From Eledone cirrhosa (Eukaryota): a stretch of DNA of 64,000 nt. The notes below the pieces were generated by a model. That model saw nothing but the letters and a program-made list of their open reading frames with translations, did no database searches and was not told the DNA's origin. Below are positions 22,501 through 39,684 of this stretch, one piece after another (within the stretch, counting starts at the first letter, position 1; each line of letters starts with the position of its first letter). Where the stretch lies: positions 371,504,001 to 371,568,000 of the forward strand of contig OZ024740.1 in NCBI GenBank assembly GCA_964016885.1, written 5' to 3'. The position numbers and the translations under genes were made by a program.

Positions 22501-25500
22501 GAGTTGTGTAGAGTTTGTAGAGTTGTGTAGAGTTTTCAGTATATTTCATATTTTGCAGTGAATTCTATCTTTCACTATATTCCATAATTCATTATATTCC
22601 ATCTTTCACTATATTCCATTTTTCATTATATTCCATCATGCAATATATTCCATCTTTCACTATATTCCATCTTTCACTATATTCCATCTTTCACTATATT
22701 CCATTTTTCATTATATTCATTATATTCCATCTTTCACTATATTCCATCATTCATTATATTCCATCTTTCACTATATTCCATCTTTCACTATATTCCATCT
22801 TTCACTATATTCCATTTTCCATTATATTCCATCTTTCACTGTATTCCATCTTTCACTATATTCCATCTTTCACTATATTCCATCTTTCACTATATTCCAT
22901 CTTTCAATATATTCCATTTTTCATTATATTCATTATATTCCATCTTTCACTATATTCCATAATTCATTATATTCCATCTTTCACTATATTCCATCTTTCA
23001 CTATATTCCATCATTCACTATATTCAGTTTTTCATTATATTCATTATATTCCATCTTTCACTATATTCCATCATTCATTATATTCCATCGTTCACTATAT
23101 TCCAACTTTCACTATATTCCATCTTTCACTATATTCCATTTTTCATTATATTCCATCTTTCACTATATTCCATCTTTCACTATATTCCATCTTTCACTAT
23201 ATTCCATCTTTCACTATATTCCATCATTCATTATATTCCATCTTTCACTATATTCCATCTTTCACTATATTCCATTTTTCATTATATTCAATCATTCACT
23301 ATATTCCATCTTTCACTATATTCCATCTTTCACTATATTCCATCTTTCACTATATTCCATCTTTCACTATATTCCATCTTTCACTATATTCCATATTTCA
23401 CTATATTCCATCTTTCACTATATTCCATATTTCACTATATTCCATCATTCATTATATTCCATCATTCATTATATTCCATCTTTCACTATATTCCATCTTT
23501 CACTATATTCCATTTTTCATTATATTCCATCTTTCACTATATTCCATCTTTCACTATATTCCATCTTTCACTATATTCCATCTTTCACTATATTCCATCT
23601 TTCACTATATTCCATCTTTCACTATATTCCATCTTTCACTATATTCCATCTTTCACTATATTCCATCTTTCATTATATTCCATCTTTCAGTATATTCCAT
23701 CTTTCACTATATTCCATCTTTCACTATATTCCATCTTTCACTATATTCCATCTTTCACTATATTCCATCTTTCACTATATTCCATCTTTCACTATATTCC
23801 ATCTTTCACTATATTCCATCTTTCACTATATTCCATTTTTCATTATATTCCAACTTTCATTATATTCCAACTTTCACTATATTCCATCTTTCACTATATT
23901 CCATCTTTCACTATATTCCATAATTCATTATATTCCATCTTTCACTATATTCCAACTTTCACTATATGCCATCTTTCACTATATTCCATCTTTCACTATA
24001 TTCCATCTTTCACTATATTCCATCTTTCACTATACTCCATCTTTCACTATATTCCATCTTTCACTATATTCCATCTTTCATTATATTCCATCTTTCAGTA
24101 TATTCCATCTTTCACTATATTCAATCTTTCATTATATTCCATCTTTCACTATATTCCATTTTCACTATATTCCATCTTTCACTATATTCCATTTTTCATT
24201 ATATTCCATCATGCAATATATTCCATCTTTCACTATATTCCATCTTTCACTATATTCCATCTTTCACTATATTCCATTTTTCATTATATTCATTATATTC
24301 CATCTTTCACTATATTCCATCATTCATTATATTCCATCTTTCACTATATTCCATCTTTCACTATATTCCATCTTTCACTATATTCCATTTTCCATTATAT
24401 TCCATCTTTCACTGTATTCCATCTTTCACTATATTCCATCTTTCACTATATTCCATCTTTCACTATATTCCATCTTTCAATATATTCCATTTTTCATTAT
24501 ATTCATTATATTCCATCTTTCACTATATTCCATAATTCATTATATTCCATCTTTCACTATATTCCATCTTTCACTATATTCCATCATTCACTATATTCAG
24601 TTTTTCATTATATTCATTATATTCCATCTTTCAATATATTCCATCATTCATTATATTCCATCGTTCACTATATTCCAACTTTCACTATATTCCATCTTTC
24701 ACTATATTCCATTTTTCATTATATTCCATCTTTCACTGTATTCCATCTTTCACTATATTCCATCTTTCACTATATTCCATCTTTCACTATATTCCATCAT
24801 TCATTATATTCCATCTTTCACTATATTCCATCTTTCACTATATTCCATTTTTCATTATATTCAATCATTCACTATATTCCATCTTTCACTATATTCCATC
24901 TTTCACTATATTCCATCTTTCACTATATTCCATCTTTCACTATATTCCATCTTTCACTATATTCCATATTTCACTATATTCCATCTTTCACTATATTCCA
25001 TATTTCACTATATTCCATCATTCATTATATTCCATCATTCATTATATTCCATCTTTCACTATATTCCATCTTTCACTATATTCCATTTTTCATTTTATTC
25101 CATCTTTCACTATATTCCATCTTTCACTATATTCCATCTTTCACTATATTCCATTTTTCATTATATTCAATCATTCACTATATTCCATCATTCATTATAT
25201 TCCATCTTTCACTATATTCCATCTTTCACTATATTCCATCTTTCATTATATTCCATCTTTCACTATATTCCATCTTTCACTATATTCCATTTTTCATTAT
25301 ATTCCAACTTTCACTATATTCCATCTTTCACTATATTCCATCTTTCACTATATTCCATCTTTCACTATATTCCATCTTTCACTATATTCCATCTTTCACT
25401 ATATTCCATCTTTCACTATATTCCATCTTTCATTATATTCCATCTTTCAGTATATTCCATCTTTCACTATATTCCATCTTTCACTATATTCCATCTTTCA

Positions 25501-26606
25501 CTATATTCCATCTTTCACTATATTCCATCTTTCACTATATTCCATCTTTCACTATATTCCATCTTTCACTATATTCCATCTTTCACTATATTCCATTTTT
25601 CATTATATTCCAACTTTCATTATATTCCAACTTTCACTATATTCCATCTTTCACTATATTCCATCTTTCACTATATTCCATAATTCATTATATTCCATCT
25701 TTCACTATATTCCAACTTTCACTATATGCCATCTTTCACTATATTCCATCTTTCACTATATTCCATCTTTCACTATATTCCATCTTTCACTATACTCCAT
25801 CTTTCACTATATTCCATCTTTCACTATATTCCATCTTTCATTATATTCCATCTTTCAGTATATTCCATCTTTCACTATATTCAATCTTTCATTATATTCC
25901 ATCTTTCACTATATTCCATTTTCACTATATTCCATCTTTCACTATATTCCATCTTTCACTATATTCCATCATTCATTATATTCCATCTTTCATTATATTC
26001 CATCTTTCACTATATTCCATCATTCACTATATTCCATCTTTCACTATATTCCATCTTTCACTATATTCCATTTTTCACTATATTCCATCATTCATTATAT
26101 TCCATCATTCACTATATTCCATCTTTCACTATATTCCATCTTTCATTATATTCCATCTTTCACTATATTCCATCTTTCACTATATTCCATCTTTCATTAT
26201 ATTCCATTTTCACTATATTCCATCTTTCACTATATTCCATTTTTCATTATATTCCATCTTTCACTATATTCCATCTTTCACTATATTCCATCTTTCACTA
26301 TATTCCATCTTTCACTATATTCCACCTTTCATTATATTCCATCTTTCACTATATTTTATTTTTAATTATATTCCATCTTTCACTATATTCCATCTTTCAC
26401 TATATTCCATTTTTCATTATATTCCATCTTTCACTATATTCCATCTTTCACTATATTCCATCTTTCAATATATTCCATCTTTCACTATATTCCATCATTC
26501 ATTATATTCCATCTTTCACTATATTCCATCTTTCATTATATTCCATCTTTCACTATATTCCATCATTCATTATATGCCATCTTTCAGTATATTCCATCTT
26601 TCATTA

Positions 26607-26715
26607 GTTCAAATCCCGCCGAGGTTGACTTTGCCTTTCATCCTTACGGGGTCGATAAAATAAAGTACCAGTAATGCACTGGGTAATTGCTGGCCTTGTG
26701 CCTAAAGTAGAAACA
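26607..26715 (+). mobile_element. 5'-truncated SINE inserted in the satellite
   Basis: GTTCAAATCCCGCCGAGG...GTAGAAACA, flanked by A(G/T)TATATTCCATCTTTCATTA. Confidence 0.92.
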
Positions 26716-29700
26716 ATTATATTCCATCTTTCATTATATTCCATCTTTCACAATATTCCATCTTTCATTATATTCCATCTTTCACTATATTCCATCATTT
26801 CAGTATATTCAGTATATTCAATCTTTCACGATATTCCCTCTTTCATTATATTCCTTCTTTCACTATATTCCATCTTTCACTATATTCCAGCTTTCACTAT
26901 ATTCCATCTTTCACTATATTCCATATTTCATTATATTCCATATTTAACTATATTCCACCATTCATTATATTCCACATTTCACTATATTCCATCTTTCACT
27001 ATATTCCATCTTTCATTATATTCCATCTTTCACTATATTCCATCTTTCACTATATTCCATCTTTCACTATATTCCATCTTTCATTATATTCCATCTTTCA
27101 CTATAATCCATCTTTCACTATATTCTATCTTTCACTATATTCCATAATTCATTATATTCCATCTTTCACTATATTCCATCTTTCACTATATTCCATCTTT
27201 CATTATATTCCATCTTTCACTATATTCCATCTTTCACTATATTCCATCTTTCACTATATTCCATCTTTCACTATATTCCATCTTTCATTATATTCCATCT
27301 TTCACTATATTCCATCTTTCATTATATTCCATATTTAACTATATTCCATCTTTCACTATATTCCATCTTTCACTATATTCCATCTTTCACTATATTCCAT
27401 CTTTCATTATATTCCATCATTCACTATATTCCATCATTCATTATATTCCATATTTCACTATATTCCATCTTTCACGATATTCCATCTTTCATTATATTCC
27501 ATCTTTCACTATATTCCATCTTTCACTATATTCCATCATTCACTATACTCCATCTTTCACTATATTCCATCTTTCATTATATTCCATCTTTCACTATATT
27601 CCATCTTTCACTATATTCCATCATTCATTATATTCCATCATTCACTATATTCCATCTTTCACTATATTCCATCTTTCACTATATTCCATCTTTCACTATA
27701 TTCCATCTTTCATTATATTCCATCTTTCACTATATTCCATCTTTCACTATATTCTATCTTTCACTATATTCCATAATTCATTATATTCCATCTTTCACTA
27801 TATTCCATCTTTCACTATATTCCATCATTCATTATATTCCATCATTCACTATATTCCATCATTCATTATATTCCATCTTTCACTATATTCCATCTTTCAC
27901 TATATTCCATCTTTCATTATATTCCATCTTTCACTATATTCCATCTTTCACTATATTCCATCTTTCACTATATTCCATCTTTCACTATATTCCATCTTTC
28001 ATTATATTCCATCTTTCACTATATTCCATCTTTCATTATATTCCATCTTTCATTATATTCCTTCTTTCACTATATTCCATCTTTCACTATATTCCAGCTT
28101 TCACTATATTCCATCTTTCACTATATTCCATATTTCATTATATTCCATATTTAACTATATTCTATCATTCATTATATTCCATCTTTCACTATATTCCATC
28201 TTTCACTATATTCCATCTTTCATTATATTCCATCTTTCACTATATTCCATCTTTCACTATATTCCATCTTTCACTATATTCCATCTTTCATTATATTCCA
28301 TCTTTCACTATAATCCATCTTTCACTATATTCTATCTTTCACTATATTCCATAATTCATTATATTCCATCTTTCACTATATTCCATCTTTCACTATATTC
28401 CATCTTTCATTATATTCCATCTTTCACTATATTCCATCTTTCACTATATTCCATCTTTCACTATATTCCATCTTTCACTATATTCCATCTTTCATTATAT
28501 TCCATCTTTCACTATATTCCATCTTTCATTATATTCCATATTTAACTATATTCCATCTTTCACTATATTCCATCTTTCACTATATTCCATCTTTCACTAT
28601 ATTCCATCTTTCATTATATTCCATCATTCACTATATTCCATCATTCATTATATTCCATATTTCACTATATTCCATCTTTCACGATATTCCATCTTTCATT
28701 ATATTCCATCTTTCACTATATTCCATCTTTCACTATATTCCATCTTTCACTATATTCCATCTTTCACTATATTCCATCTTTCATTATATTCCGTCTTTCA
28801 CTATATTCCATCTTTCACTATATTCCATCATTCATTATATTCCATCATTCACTATATTCCATCTTTCACTATATTCCATCTTTCACTATATTCCATCTTT
28901 TACTATATTCCATCTTTCATTATATTCCATCTTTCACTATATTCCATCTTTCACTATATTCTATCTTTCACTATATTCCATAATTCATTGTATTCCATCT
29001 TTCACTATATTCCATCTTTCACTATATTCCATCATTCATTATATTCCATCATTCACTATATTCCATCATTCATTATATTCCATCTTTCACTATATTCCAT
29101 CTTTCACTATATTCCATCTTTCATTACATTCCATCTTTCACTATATTCCATCTTTCACTATATTCCATCTTTCATTATATTCCATCTTTCACTATATTCC
29201 ATCTTTCATTATATTCCATCTTTCACTATATTCCATCTTTCATTATATTCCATCTTTCACTATATTCCATCTTTCACTATATTCCATCATTCATTATATT
29301 CCATCATTCACTATATTCCATCTTTCACTATATTCCATCTTTCACTATATTCCATCTTTCACTATATTCCATCTTTCATTATATTCCATCTTTCATAATA
29401 TTCCATCTTTCACTATATTCTATCTTTCACTATATTCCATAATTCATTATATTCCATCTTTCACTATATTCCATCTTTCACTATATTCCATCATTCATTA
29501 TATTCCATCATTCACTATATTCCACCATTCATTATATTCCATCTTTCACTATATTCCATCTTTCACTATATTCCATCTTTCATTATATTCCATCTTTCAC
29601 TATATTCCATCTTTCACTATATTCCATCTTTCACTATATTCCATCTTTCACTATATTCCATCTTTCATTATATTCCATCTTCCACTATATTCCATCTTTC

Positions 29701-32700
29701 ATTATATTCCATATTTAACTATATTCCATCTTTCACTATATTCCATCTTTCACTATATTCCATCTTTCACTATAATCCATCATTCATTATATTCCATCAT
29801 TCACTATATTCCATCATTCATTATATTCCATATTTCACTATATTCCATCTTTCACGATATTCCATCTTTCATTATATTCCATCTTTCACTATATTCCATT
29901 TTTCACTATATTCTATCTTTCACTATATTCCATCTTTCACTATATTCCATCTTTCACTATATTCCATTTTTCATTATATTCCATCTTTCACTATATTCCA
30001 TCTTTCATTTTATTCCATCTTTCACTATATTCCATCATTCATTATATGCCATCTTTCACTATATTCCATCTTTCATTATATTCCATCTTTCATTATATTC
30101 CATCTTTCACAATATTCCATCTTTCATTATATTCCATCTTTCACTATATTCCATCATTTCAGTATATTCAGTATATTCAATCTTTCACGATATTCCATCT
30201 TTCATTATATTCCTTCTTTCACTATATTCCATCTTTCACTATATTCCAGCTTTCACTATATTCCATCTTTCACTATATTCCATATTTCATTATATTCCAT
30301 ATTTAACTATATTCCATCTTTCACTATATTCCATCTTTCACTATATTCCATCTTTCATTATATTCCATCTTTCACTATATTCCATCTTTCACTATATTCC
30401 ATCTTTCACTATATTCCATCATTCATTATATTCCATCATTCACTATATTCCATCATTCATTATATTCCATATTTCACTATATTCCATCTTTCACGATATT
30501 CCATCTTTCATTATACTCCATCTTTCACTATATTCCATCTTTCACTATATTCCATCTTTCACTATATTCCATAATTCATTATATTCCATATTTCACTATA
30601 TTCCATCTTTCACGATATTCCATCTTTCATTATATTCCATCTTTCACTATATTCCATCTTTCACTATATTCCATCTTTCACTATATTCCATCTTTCATTA
30701 TATTCCATATTTAACTATATTCTATCTTTCACTATATTCCATTATTCATTATATTCCATCTTTCACTATATTCCATCTTTCACTATATTCCATCATTCAT
30801 TATATTCCATCATTCATTATATTCCATCATTCACTATATTTCATCTTTCACTATATTACATCTTTCATTATATTCCATAATTCATTATATTCCATCTTTC
30901 ATTATATTCCATCTTTCACTATATTCCATCTCTCACTATATTACATCTTTCATTATATTCCATCTTTCACTATATTCCATCTTTCATTATATTCCATCTT
31001 TCACTATATTCCATCTCTCACTATATTACATCTTTCATTATATTCCATCTTTCACTATATTCCATATTTCATTATATTCCATAATCCATTATATTCCATC
31101 TTTCACGATATTCCATCTTTCATTATATTCCATCTTTCACTATATTCCATCTTTCACTATATTCCATCTTTCACTATATTCCATCTTTCACAATATTCCA
31201 TGTTTCACTATATTCCATCTTTCACTATTTTCCATCTTTCACTATATTTCATCTTTAATTATATTCCATCTTTCACTATATTCCATCTTTCATTATATTC
31301 CATCTTTCCCTATATTCCATCTTTCATTATATTACATCTTTCACTGTATTTCATCTTTCACTATATTCCATCTTTCATTATATTCCATCTTTCACTATAT
31401 TCCATAATTCATTATATTCCATCTTTCACTATATTCCATCTTTCATTATATTCCATCTTTCACTATATTCCATCTTTCACTATATTCCATCTTTCATTAT
31501 ATTCCATCATTCACTATATTCCATCTTTCACTATATTCCATCTTTCACTATATTCCGTAATTCATTATATTCCATCTTTCACTATATTCCATCTTTCACT
31601 ATATTCCATCTTTCACTATATTCCATCTTTCACTATATTCCATCTTTCACTATATTCCATCTTTCACTATATTCCATAATTAATTATATTCCATCTTTCA
31701 CTATATTCCATCTTTCACTATATTCCATCTTTCACTATATTCCATCTTTCACTATATTCCATCATTCACTATATTCCATCTTTCACTATATTCCATCTTT
31801 CACTATATTACATCATTCACTATATTCCATCTTTCACTCTATTCCATCTTTCATTATATTCCATAATCCATTATATTCCCTCTTTCACGATATTCCATCT
31901 TTCATTATATTCCATCTTTCACTATATTCCATCTTTCACTATATTATATTCCATCTTTCACTATATTATATTCCATCTTTCACTATATTCCATTTTTCAC
32001 TATATTCCATCTTTCACTATATTCCATATTTCACTATATTCCATCTTTCACTATATTCCATCTTTCAATATATTCCATCTTTCACTATATTCCATCATTC
32101 ATTATATTCCATCTTTCACTATATTCCATCTTTCATTATATTCCATCTTTCACTATATTCCATCATTCATTATATGCCATCTTTCACTATATTCCATCTT
32201 TCATTATATTCCATCTTTCATTATATTCCATCTTTCACAATATTCCATCTTTCATTATATTCCATCTTTCACTATATTCCATCATTTCAGTATATTCAGT
32301 ATATTCAATCTTTCACGATATTCCATCTTTCATTATATTCCTTCTTTCACTATATTCCATCTTTCACTATATTCCAGCTTTCACTATATTCCATCTTTCA
32401 CTATATTCCATATTTCATTATATTCCATATTTAACTATATTCCATCATTCATTATATTCCATCTTTCACTATATTCCATCTTTCACTATATTCCATCTTT
32501 CATTATATTCCATCTTTCACTATATTCCATCTTTCACTATATTCCATCTTTCACTATATTCCATCTTTCATTATATTCCATCTTTCACTATATTCCATCT
32601 TTCACTATAATCCACCTTTCACTATATTCTATCTTTCACTATATTCCATAATTCATTATATTCCATCTTTCACTATATTCCATCTTTCACTATATTCCAT

Positions 32701-35700
32701 CATTCATTATATTCCATCATTCACTATATTCCATCATTCATTATATTCCATCTTTCACTATATTCCATCTTTCACTATATTCCATCTTTCATTATATTCT
32801 ATCTTTCACTATATTCCATCTTTCACTATATTCCATCTTTCACTATATTTCATCTTTCACAATATTCCATGTTTCACTATATTCCATCTTTCACTATTTT
32901 CCATCTTTCACTATATTTCATCTTTAATTATATTCCATCTTTCACTATATTCCATCTTTCATTATATTCCATCTTGCCCTATATTTCATCTTTCATTATA
33001 TTACATCTTTCACTGTATTTCATCTTTCACTATATTCCATCTTTCATTATATTCCATCTTTCACTATATTCCATAATTCATTATATTCCATCTTTCACTA
33101 TATTCCATCTTTCATTATATTCCATCTTTCACTATATTCCATCTTTCACTATATTCCATCTTTCACTATATTCCGTAATTCATTATATTCCATCTTTCAC
33201 TATATTCCATCTTTCACTATATTCCATCTTTCACTATATTCCATCTTTCACTATATTCCATCTTTCACCATATTCCATCTTTCACTATATTCCATCTTTC
33301 ACTATATTCCATAATTCATTATATTCCATCTTTCACTATATTCCATCTTTCACTATATTCCATCTTTCACTATATTCCATCTTTCACTATATTCCATCAT
33401 TCACTATATTCCATATTTCACTATATTCCATCTTTCACTATATTACATCATTCACTATATTCCATCTTTCACTATATTCCATCTTTCATTATATTCCATA
33501 ATCCATTATATTCCCTCTTTCACGATATTCCATCTTTCATCATATTCCATCTTTCACTATATTCCATCTTTCACTATATTATATTCCATCTTTCACTATA
33601 TTATATTCCATCTTTCACTATATTCCATCTTTCACTATATTCCATCTTTCACTATATTTCATATTTCACTATATTCCATCTTTCACTATATTCCATCTTT
33701 CAATATATTCCATCTTTCACTATATTCCATCATTCATTATATTCCATCTTTCACTATATTCCATCTTTCATTATATTCCATCTTTCACTATATTCCATCA
33801 TTCATTATATGCCATCTTTCACTATATTCCATCTTTCATTATATTCCATCTTTCATTATATTCCATCTTTCACAATATTCCATCTTTCATTATATTCCAT
33901 CTTTCACTATATTCCATCATTTCAGTATATTCAGTATATTCAATCTTTCACGATATTCCATCTTTCATTATATTCCTTCTTTCACTATATTCCATCTTTC
34001 ACTATATTCCAGCTTTCACTATATTCCATCTTTCACTATATTCCATATTTCATTATATTCCATATTTAACTATATTCCATCATTCATTATATTCCATCTT
34101 TCACTATATTCCATCTTTCACTATATTCCATCTTTCATTATATTCCATCTTTCACTATATTCCATCTTTCACTATATTCCTTCTTTCACTATATTCCATC
34201 TTTCATCATATTCCATCTTTCACTATATTCCATCTTTCACTATAATCCACCTTTCACTATATTCTATCTTTCACTATATTCCATAATTCATTATATTCCA
34301 TCTTTCACTATATTCCATCTTTCACTATATTCCATCATTCATTATATTCCATCATTCACTATATTCCATCATTCATTATATTCCATCTTTCACTATATTC
34401 CATCTTTCACTATATTCCATCTTTCATTATATTCTATCTTTCACTATATTCCATCTTTCACTATATTCCATCTTTCACTATATTTCATCTTTCACTATAT
34501 TCCATCTTTCATTATATTCTATCTTTCACTATATTCCATCTTTCATTATATTTCATATTTAACTATATTCCATCTTTCACTATATTCCATTTTCACTATA
34601 TTCCATCTTTCACTATATTCCATCTTTCATTATATTCCATCATTCACTATATTCCATCATTCATTATATTCCATATTTCACTATATTCCATCTTTCACGA
34701 TATTCCATCTTTCATTATATTCCATCTTTCACTATATTCCATCTTTCACTATATTCCATCTTTCACTATATTCCATCTTTCACTATATTCCATCTTTCAT
34801 TATATTCCATCTTTCCCTATATTCCATCTTTCATTATATTACATCTTTCACTGTATTTCATCTTTCACTATATTCCATCTTTCATTATATTCCATCTTTC
34901 ACTATATTCCATAATTCATTATATTCCATCTTTCACTATATTCCATCTTTCATTATATTCCATCTTTCACTATATTCCATCTTTCACTATATTCCATCTT
35001 TCATTATATTCCATCATTCACTATATTCCATCTTTCACTATATTCCATCTTTCACTATATTCCGTAATTCATTATATTCCATCTTTCACTATATTCCATC
35101 TTTCACTATATTCCATCTTTCACTATATTCCATCTTTCACTATATTCCATCTTTCACTATATTCCATCTTTCACTATATTCCATCTTTCACTATATTCCA
35201 TAATTCATTATATTCCATCTTTCACTATATTCCATCTTTCACTATATTCCATCTTTCACTATATTCCATCTTTCACTATATTCCATCATTCACTATATTC
35301 CATCTTTCACTATATTCCATCTTTCACTATATTACATCATTCACTATATTCCATCTTTCACTATATTCCATCTTTCATTATATTCCATAATCCATTATAT
35401 TCCCTCTTTCACGATATTCCATCTTTCATTATATTCCATCTTTCACTATATTCCATCTTTCACTATATTATATTCCATCTTTCACTATATTATATTCCAT
35501 CTTTCACTATATTCCATCTTTCACTATATTCCATCTTTCACTATATTCCATATTTCACTATATTCCATCTTTCACTATATTCCATCTTTCAATATATTCC
35601 ATCTTTCACTATATTCCATCATTCATTATATTCCATCTTTCACTATATTCCATCTTTCATTATATTCCATCTTTCACTATATTCCATCATTCATTATATG

Positions 35701-38700
35701 CCATCTTTCACTATATTCCATCTTTCATTATATTCCATCTTTCATTATATTCCATCTTTCACAATATTCCATCTTTCATTATATTCCATCTTTCACTATA
35801 TTCCATCATTTCAGTATATTCAGTATATTCAATCTTTCACGATATTCCATCTTTCATTATATTCCTTCTTTCACTATATTCCATCTTTCACTATATTCCA
35901 GCTTTCACTATATTCCATCTTTCACTATATTCCATATTTCATTATATTCCATATTTAACTATATTCCATCATTCATTATATTCCATCTTTCACTATATTC
36001 CATCTTTCACTATATTCCATCTTTCATTATATTCCATCTTTCACTATATTCCATCTTTCACTATATTCCATCTTTCACTATATTCCATCTTTCATTATAT
36101 TCCATCTTTCACTATATTCCATCTTTCACTATAATCCACCTTTCACTATATTCTATCTTTCACTATATTCCATAATTCATTATATTCCATCTTTCACTAT
36201 ATTCCATCTTTCACTATATTCCATCATTCATTATATTCCATCATTCACTATATTCCATCATTCATTATATTCCATCTTTCACTATATTCCATCTTTCACT
36301 ATATTCCATCTTTCATTATATTCTATCTTTCACTATATTCCATCTTTCACTATATTCCATCTTTCACAATATTTCATCTTTCACAATATTCCATGTTTCA
36401 CTATATTCCATCTTTCACTATTTTCCATCTTTCACTATATTTCATCTTTAATTATATTCCATCTTTCACTATATTCCATCTTTCATTATATTCCATCTTT
36501 CCCTATATTCCATCTTTCATTATATTACATCTTTCACTATATTTCATCTTTCACTATATTCCATCTTTCATTATATTCCATCTTTCACTATATTCCATAA
36601 TTCATTATATTCCATCTTTCCCTATATTCCATCTTTCATTATATTACATCTTTCACTATATTTCATCTTTCACTATATTCCATCTTTCATTATATTCCAT
36701 CTTTCACTATATTCCATAATTCATTATATTCCATCTTTCACTATATTCCATAATTCATTATATTCCATCTTTCACTATATTCCATCTTTCATTATATTCC
36801 ATCTTTCACTATATTCCATCTTTCACTATATTCCATCTTTCATTATATTCCATCATTCACTATATTCCATCTTTCACTATATTCCAACTTTCACTATATT
36901 CCATAATTCATTATATTCCATCTTTCACTATATTCCATCTTTCACTATATTCCATCTTTCACTATATTCCATCTTTCACTATATTCCATCTTTTACTATA
37001 TTCCATCTTTCACTATATTCCATCTTTCACTATATTCCATCTTTCACTATATTCCATAATTCATTATATTCCATCTTTCACTATATTCCATCTTTCACTA
37101 TATTCCATCTTTCACTATATTCCATATTTCACTATATTCCATCTTTCACTATATTCCATCTTTCACTATATTTCATCTTTCATTATATTCCATCTTTCAC
37201 TATATTCCATCTTTCACTATATTCTATATTTCACTATATTCCATAATTCATTATATTCCATCTTTCACTATATTCCATCTTTCACTATATTCCATAATTC
37301 AATTTATTCCATCTTTCATTATATTCCATCTTTCATTATATTCCATCTTTCACTATATTCCATCTTTCACTATATTCCATCTTTCATTATATTCCATCAT
37401 TCACTATATTCCATCTTTCACTATATTCCATCTTTCACTATATTCCATAATTCATTATATTCCATCTTTCACTATATTCCATCTTTCACTATATTCCATC
37501 TTTCACTATATTCCATCTTTCACTATATTCCATAATTCATTATATTCCATCTTGCACTATATTCCATCTTTCACTATATTCCATCTTTCACTATATTCCA
37601 TCTTTCACTATATTCCATCATTCACTATATTCCATCTTTCACTATATTCCATCTTTCACTATATTCCATCATTCACTATATTCCATAATTCATTATATTC
37701 CATCTTTCACTTCAATCCATCTTTCATTATATTCCATCTTTCACTATATTCCATCTTTCATTATATTCCATCTTTCACTTTAATCCATCTTTCATTATAT
37801 TCCATCTTTCACTATATTCCATCATTCATTATATTCCATCTTTCACTATATTCCATCTTTCACTTTAATCCATCTTTCATTATATTCCATCTTTCACTAT
37901 ATTCCATCATTCATTATATTCCATCTTTCACTATATTTCATCTTTCACTATAATCCATCTTTCACTATATTCCATCATTCACTATATTCCATCTTTCACT
38001 ATATTCCATCTTTCACTATATTCCATCTTTCACTATATTCCATCTTTCACTATATTCCATCTTTCACTATATTCCATCTTTCATTATATTCCATCATTCA
38101 CTATATTCCATCTTTCACTATATTCCATCTTTCACTATATTCCATAATTCATTATATTCCATCTTTCACTATATTCCATCTTTCACTATATTCCATCTTT
38201 CACTATATTCCATCTTTCACTATATTCCATCTTTTACTATATTCCATCTTTCACTATATTCCATCTTTCACTATATTCCATCTTTCACTATATTCCATAA
38301 TTCATTATATTCCATCTTTCACTATATTCCATCTTTCACTATATTCCATCTTTCACTATATTCCATCTTTCACTATATTCCATCATTCACTATATTCCAT
38401 CTTTCACTATATTCCATCTTTCACTATATTACATCATTCACTATATTCCATCTTTCACTATATTCCATCTTTCATTATATTCCATAATCCATTATATTCC
38501 CTCTTTCACGATATTCCATCTTTCATTATATTCCATCTTTCACTATATTCCATCTTTCACTATATTCCATCTTTCACTATATTCCATCTTTCACTATATT
38601 CCATATTTCACTATATTCCATCTTTCACTATATTCCATCTTTCACTATATTTCATCTTTCATTATATTCCATCTTTCACTATATTCCATCTTTCACTATA

Positions 38701-39684
38701 TTCTATATTTCACTATATTCCATAATTCATTATATTCCATCTTTCACTATATTCCATCTTTCACTATATTCCATAATTCAATTTATTCCATCTTTCATTA
38801 TATTCCATCTTTCATTATATTCCATCTTTCACTATATTCCATCTTTCACTATATTCCATCTTTCATTATATTCCATCATTCACTATATTCCATCTTTCAC
38901 TATATTCCATCTTTCACTATATTCCATAATTCATTATATTCCATCTTTCACTATATTCCATCTTTCACTATATTCCATCTTTCACTATATTCCATCTTTC
39001 ACTATATTCCATAATTCATTATATTCCATCTTGCACTATATTCCATCTTTCACTATATTCCATCATTCACTATATTCCATCTTTCACTATATTCCATCTT
39101 TCACTATATTCCATCATTCACTATATTCCATAATTCATTATATTCCATCTTTCACTTCAATCCATATTTCATTATATTCCATCTTTCACTATATTCCATC
39201 TTTCATTATATTCCATCTTTCACTTTAATCCATCTTTCATTATATTCCATCTTTCACTATATTCCATCTTTCACTATATTCCATCATTCACTATATTCCA
39301 TCTTTCACTATATTCCATCTTTCACTATATTCCATGTTTCACTATATTCCATCTTTCACTATATTCCATCTTTCACTATATTCCATCTTTCATTATATTC
39401 CATCTTTCACTATATTCCATCTTTCACTATTTTCCATTTTTCACTATATTCCATCTTTCACTATATTCCATCTTTCACTATATTCCATCTTTCACTATAT
39501 TCCATTTTTCATTATATTCCATCTTTCACTATATTACATCATTTCAGTATATTCAGTATATTCAATCTTTCACGATATTCCATCTTTCATTATATTCCTT
39601 CTTTCACTATATTCCATCGTTCACTATATTCCAGATTTCACTATATTCCATCTTTTACTATATTCCACCTTACATTATATTCCA

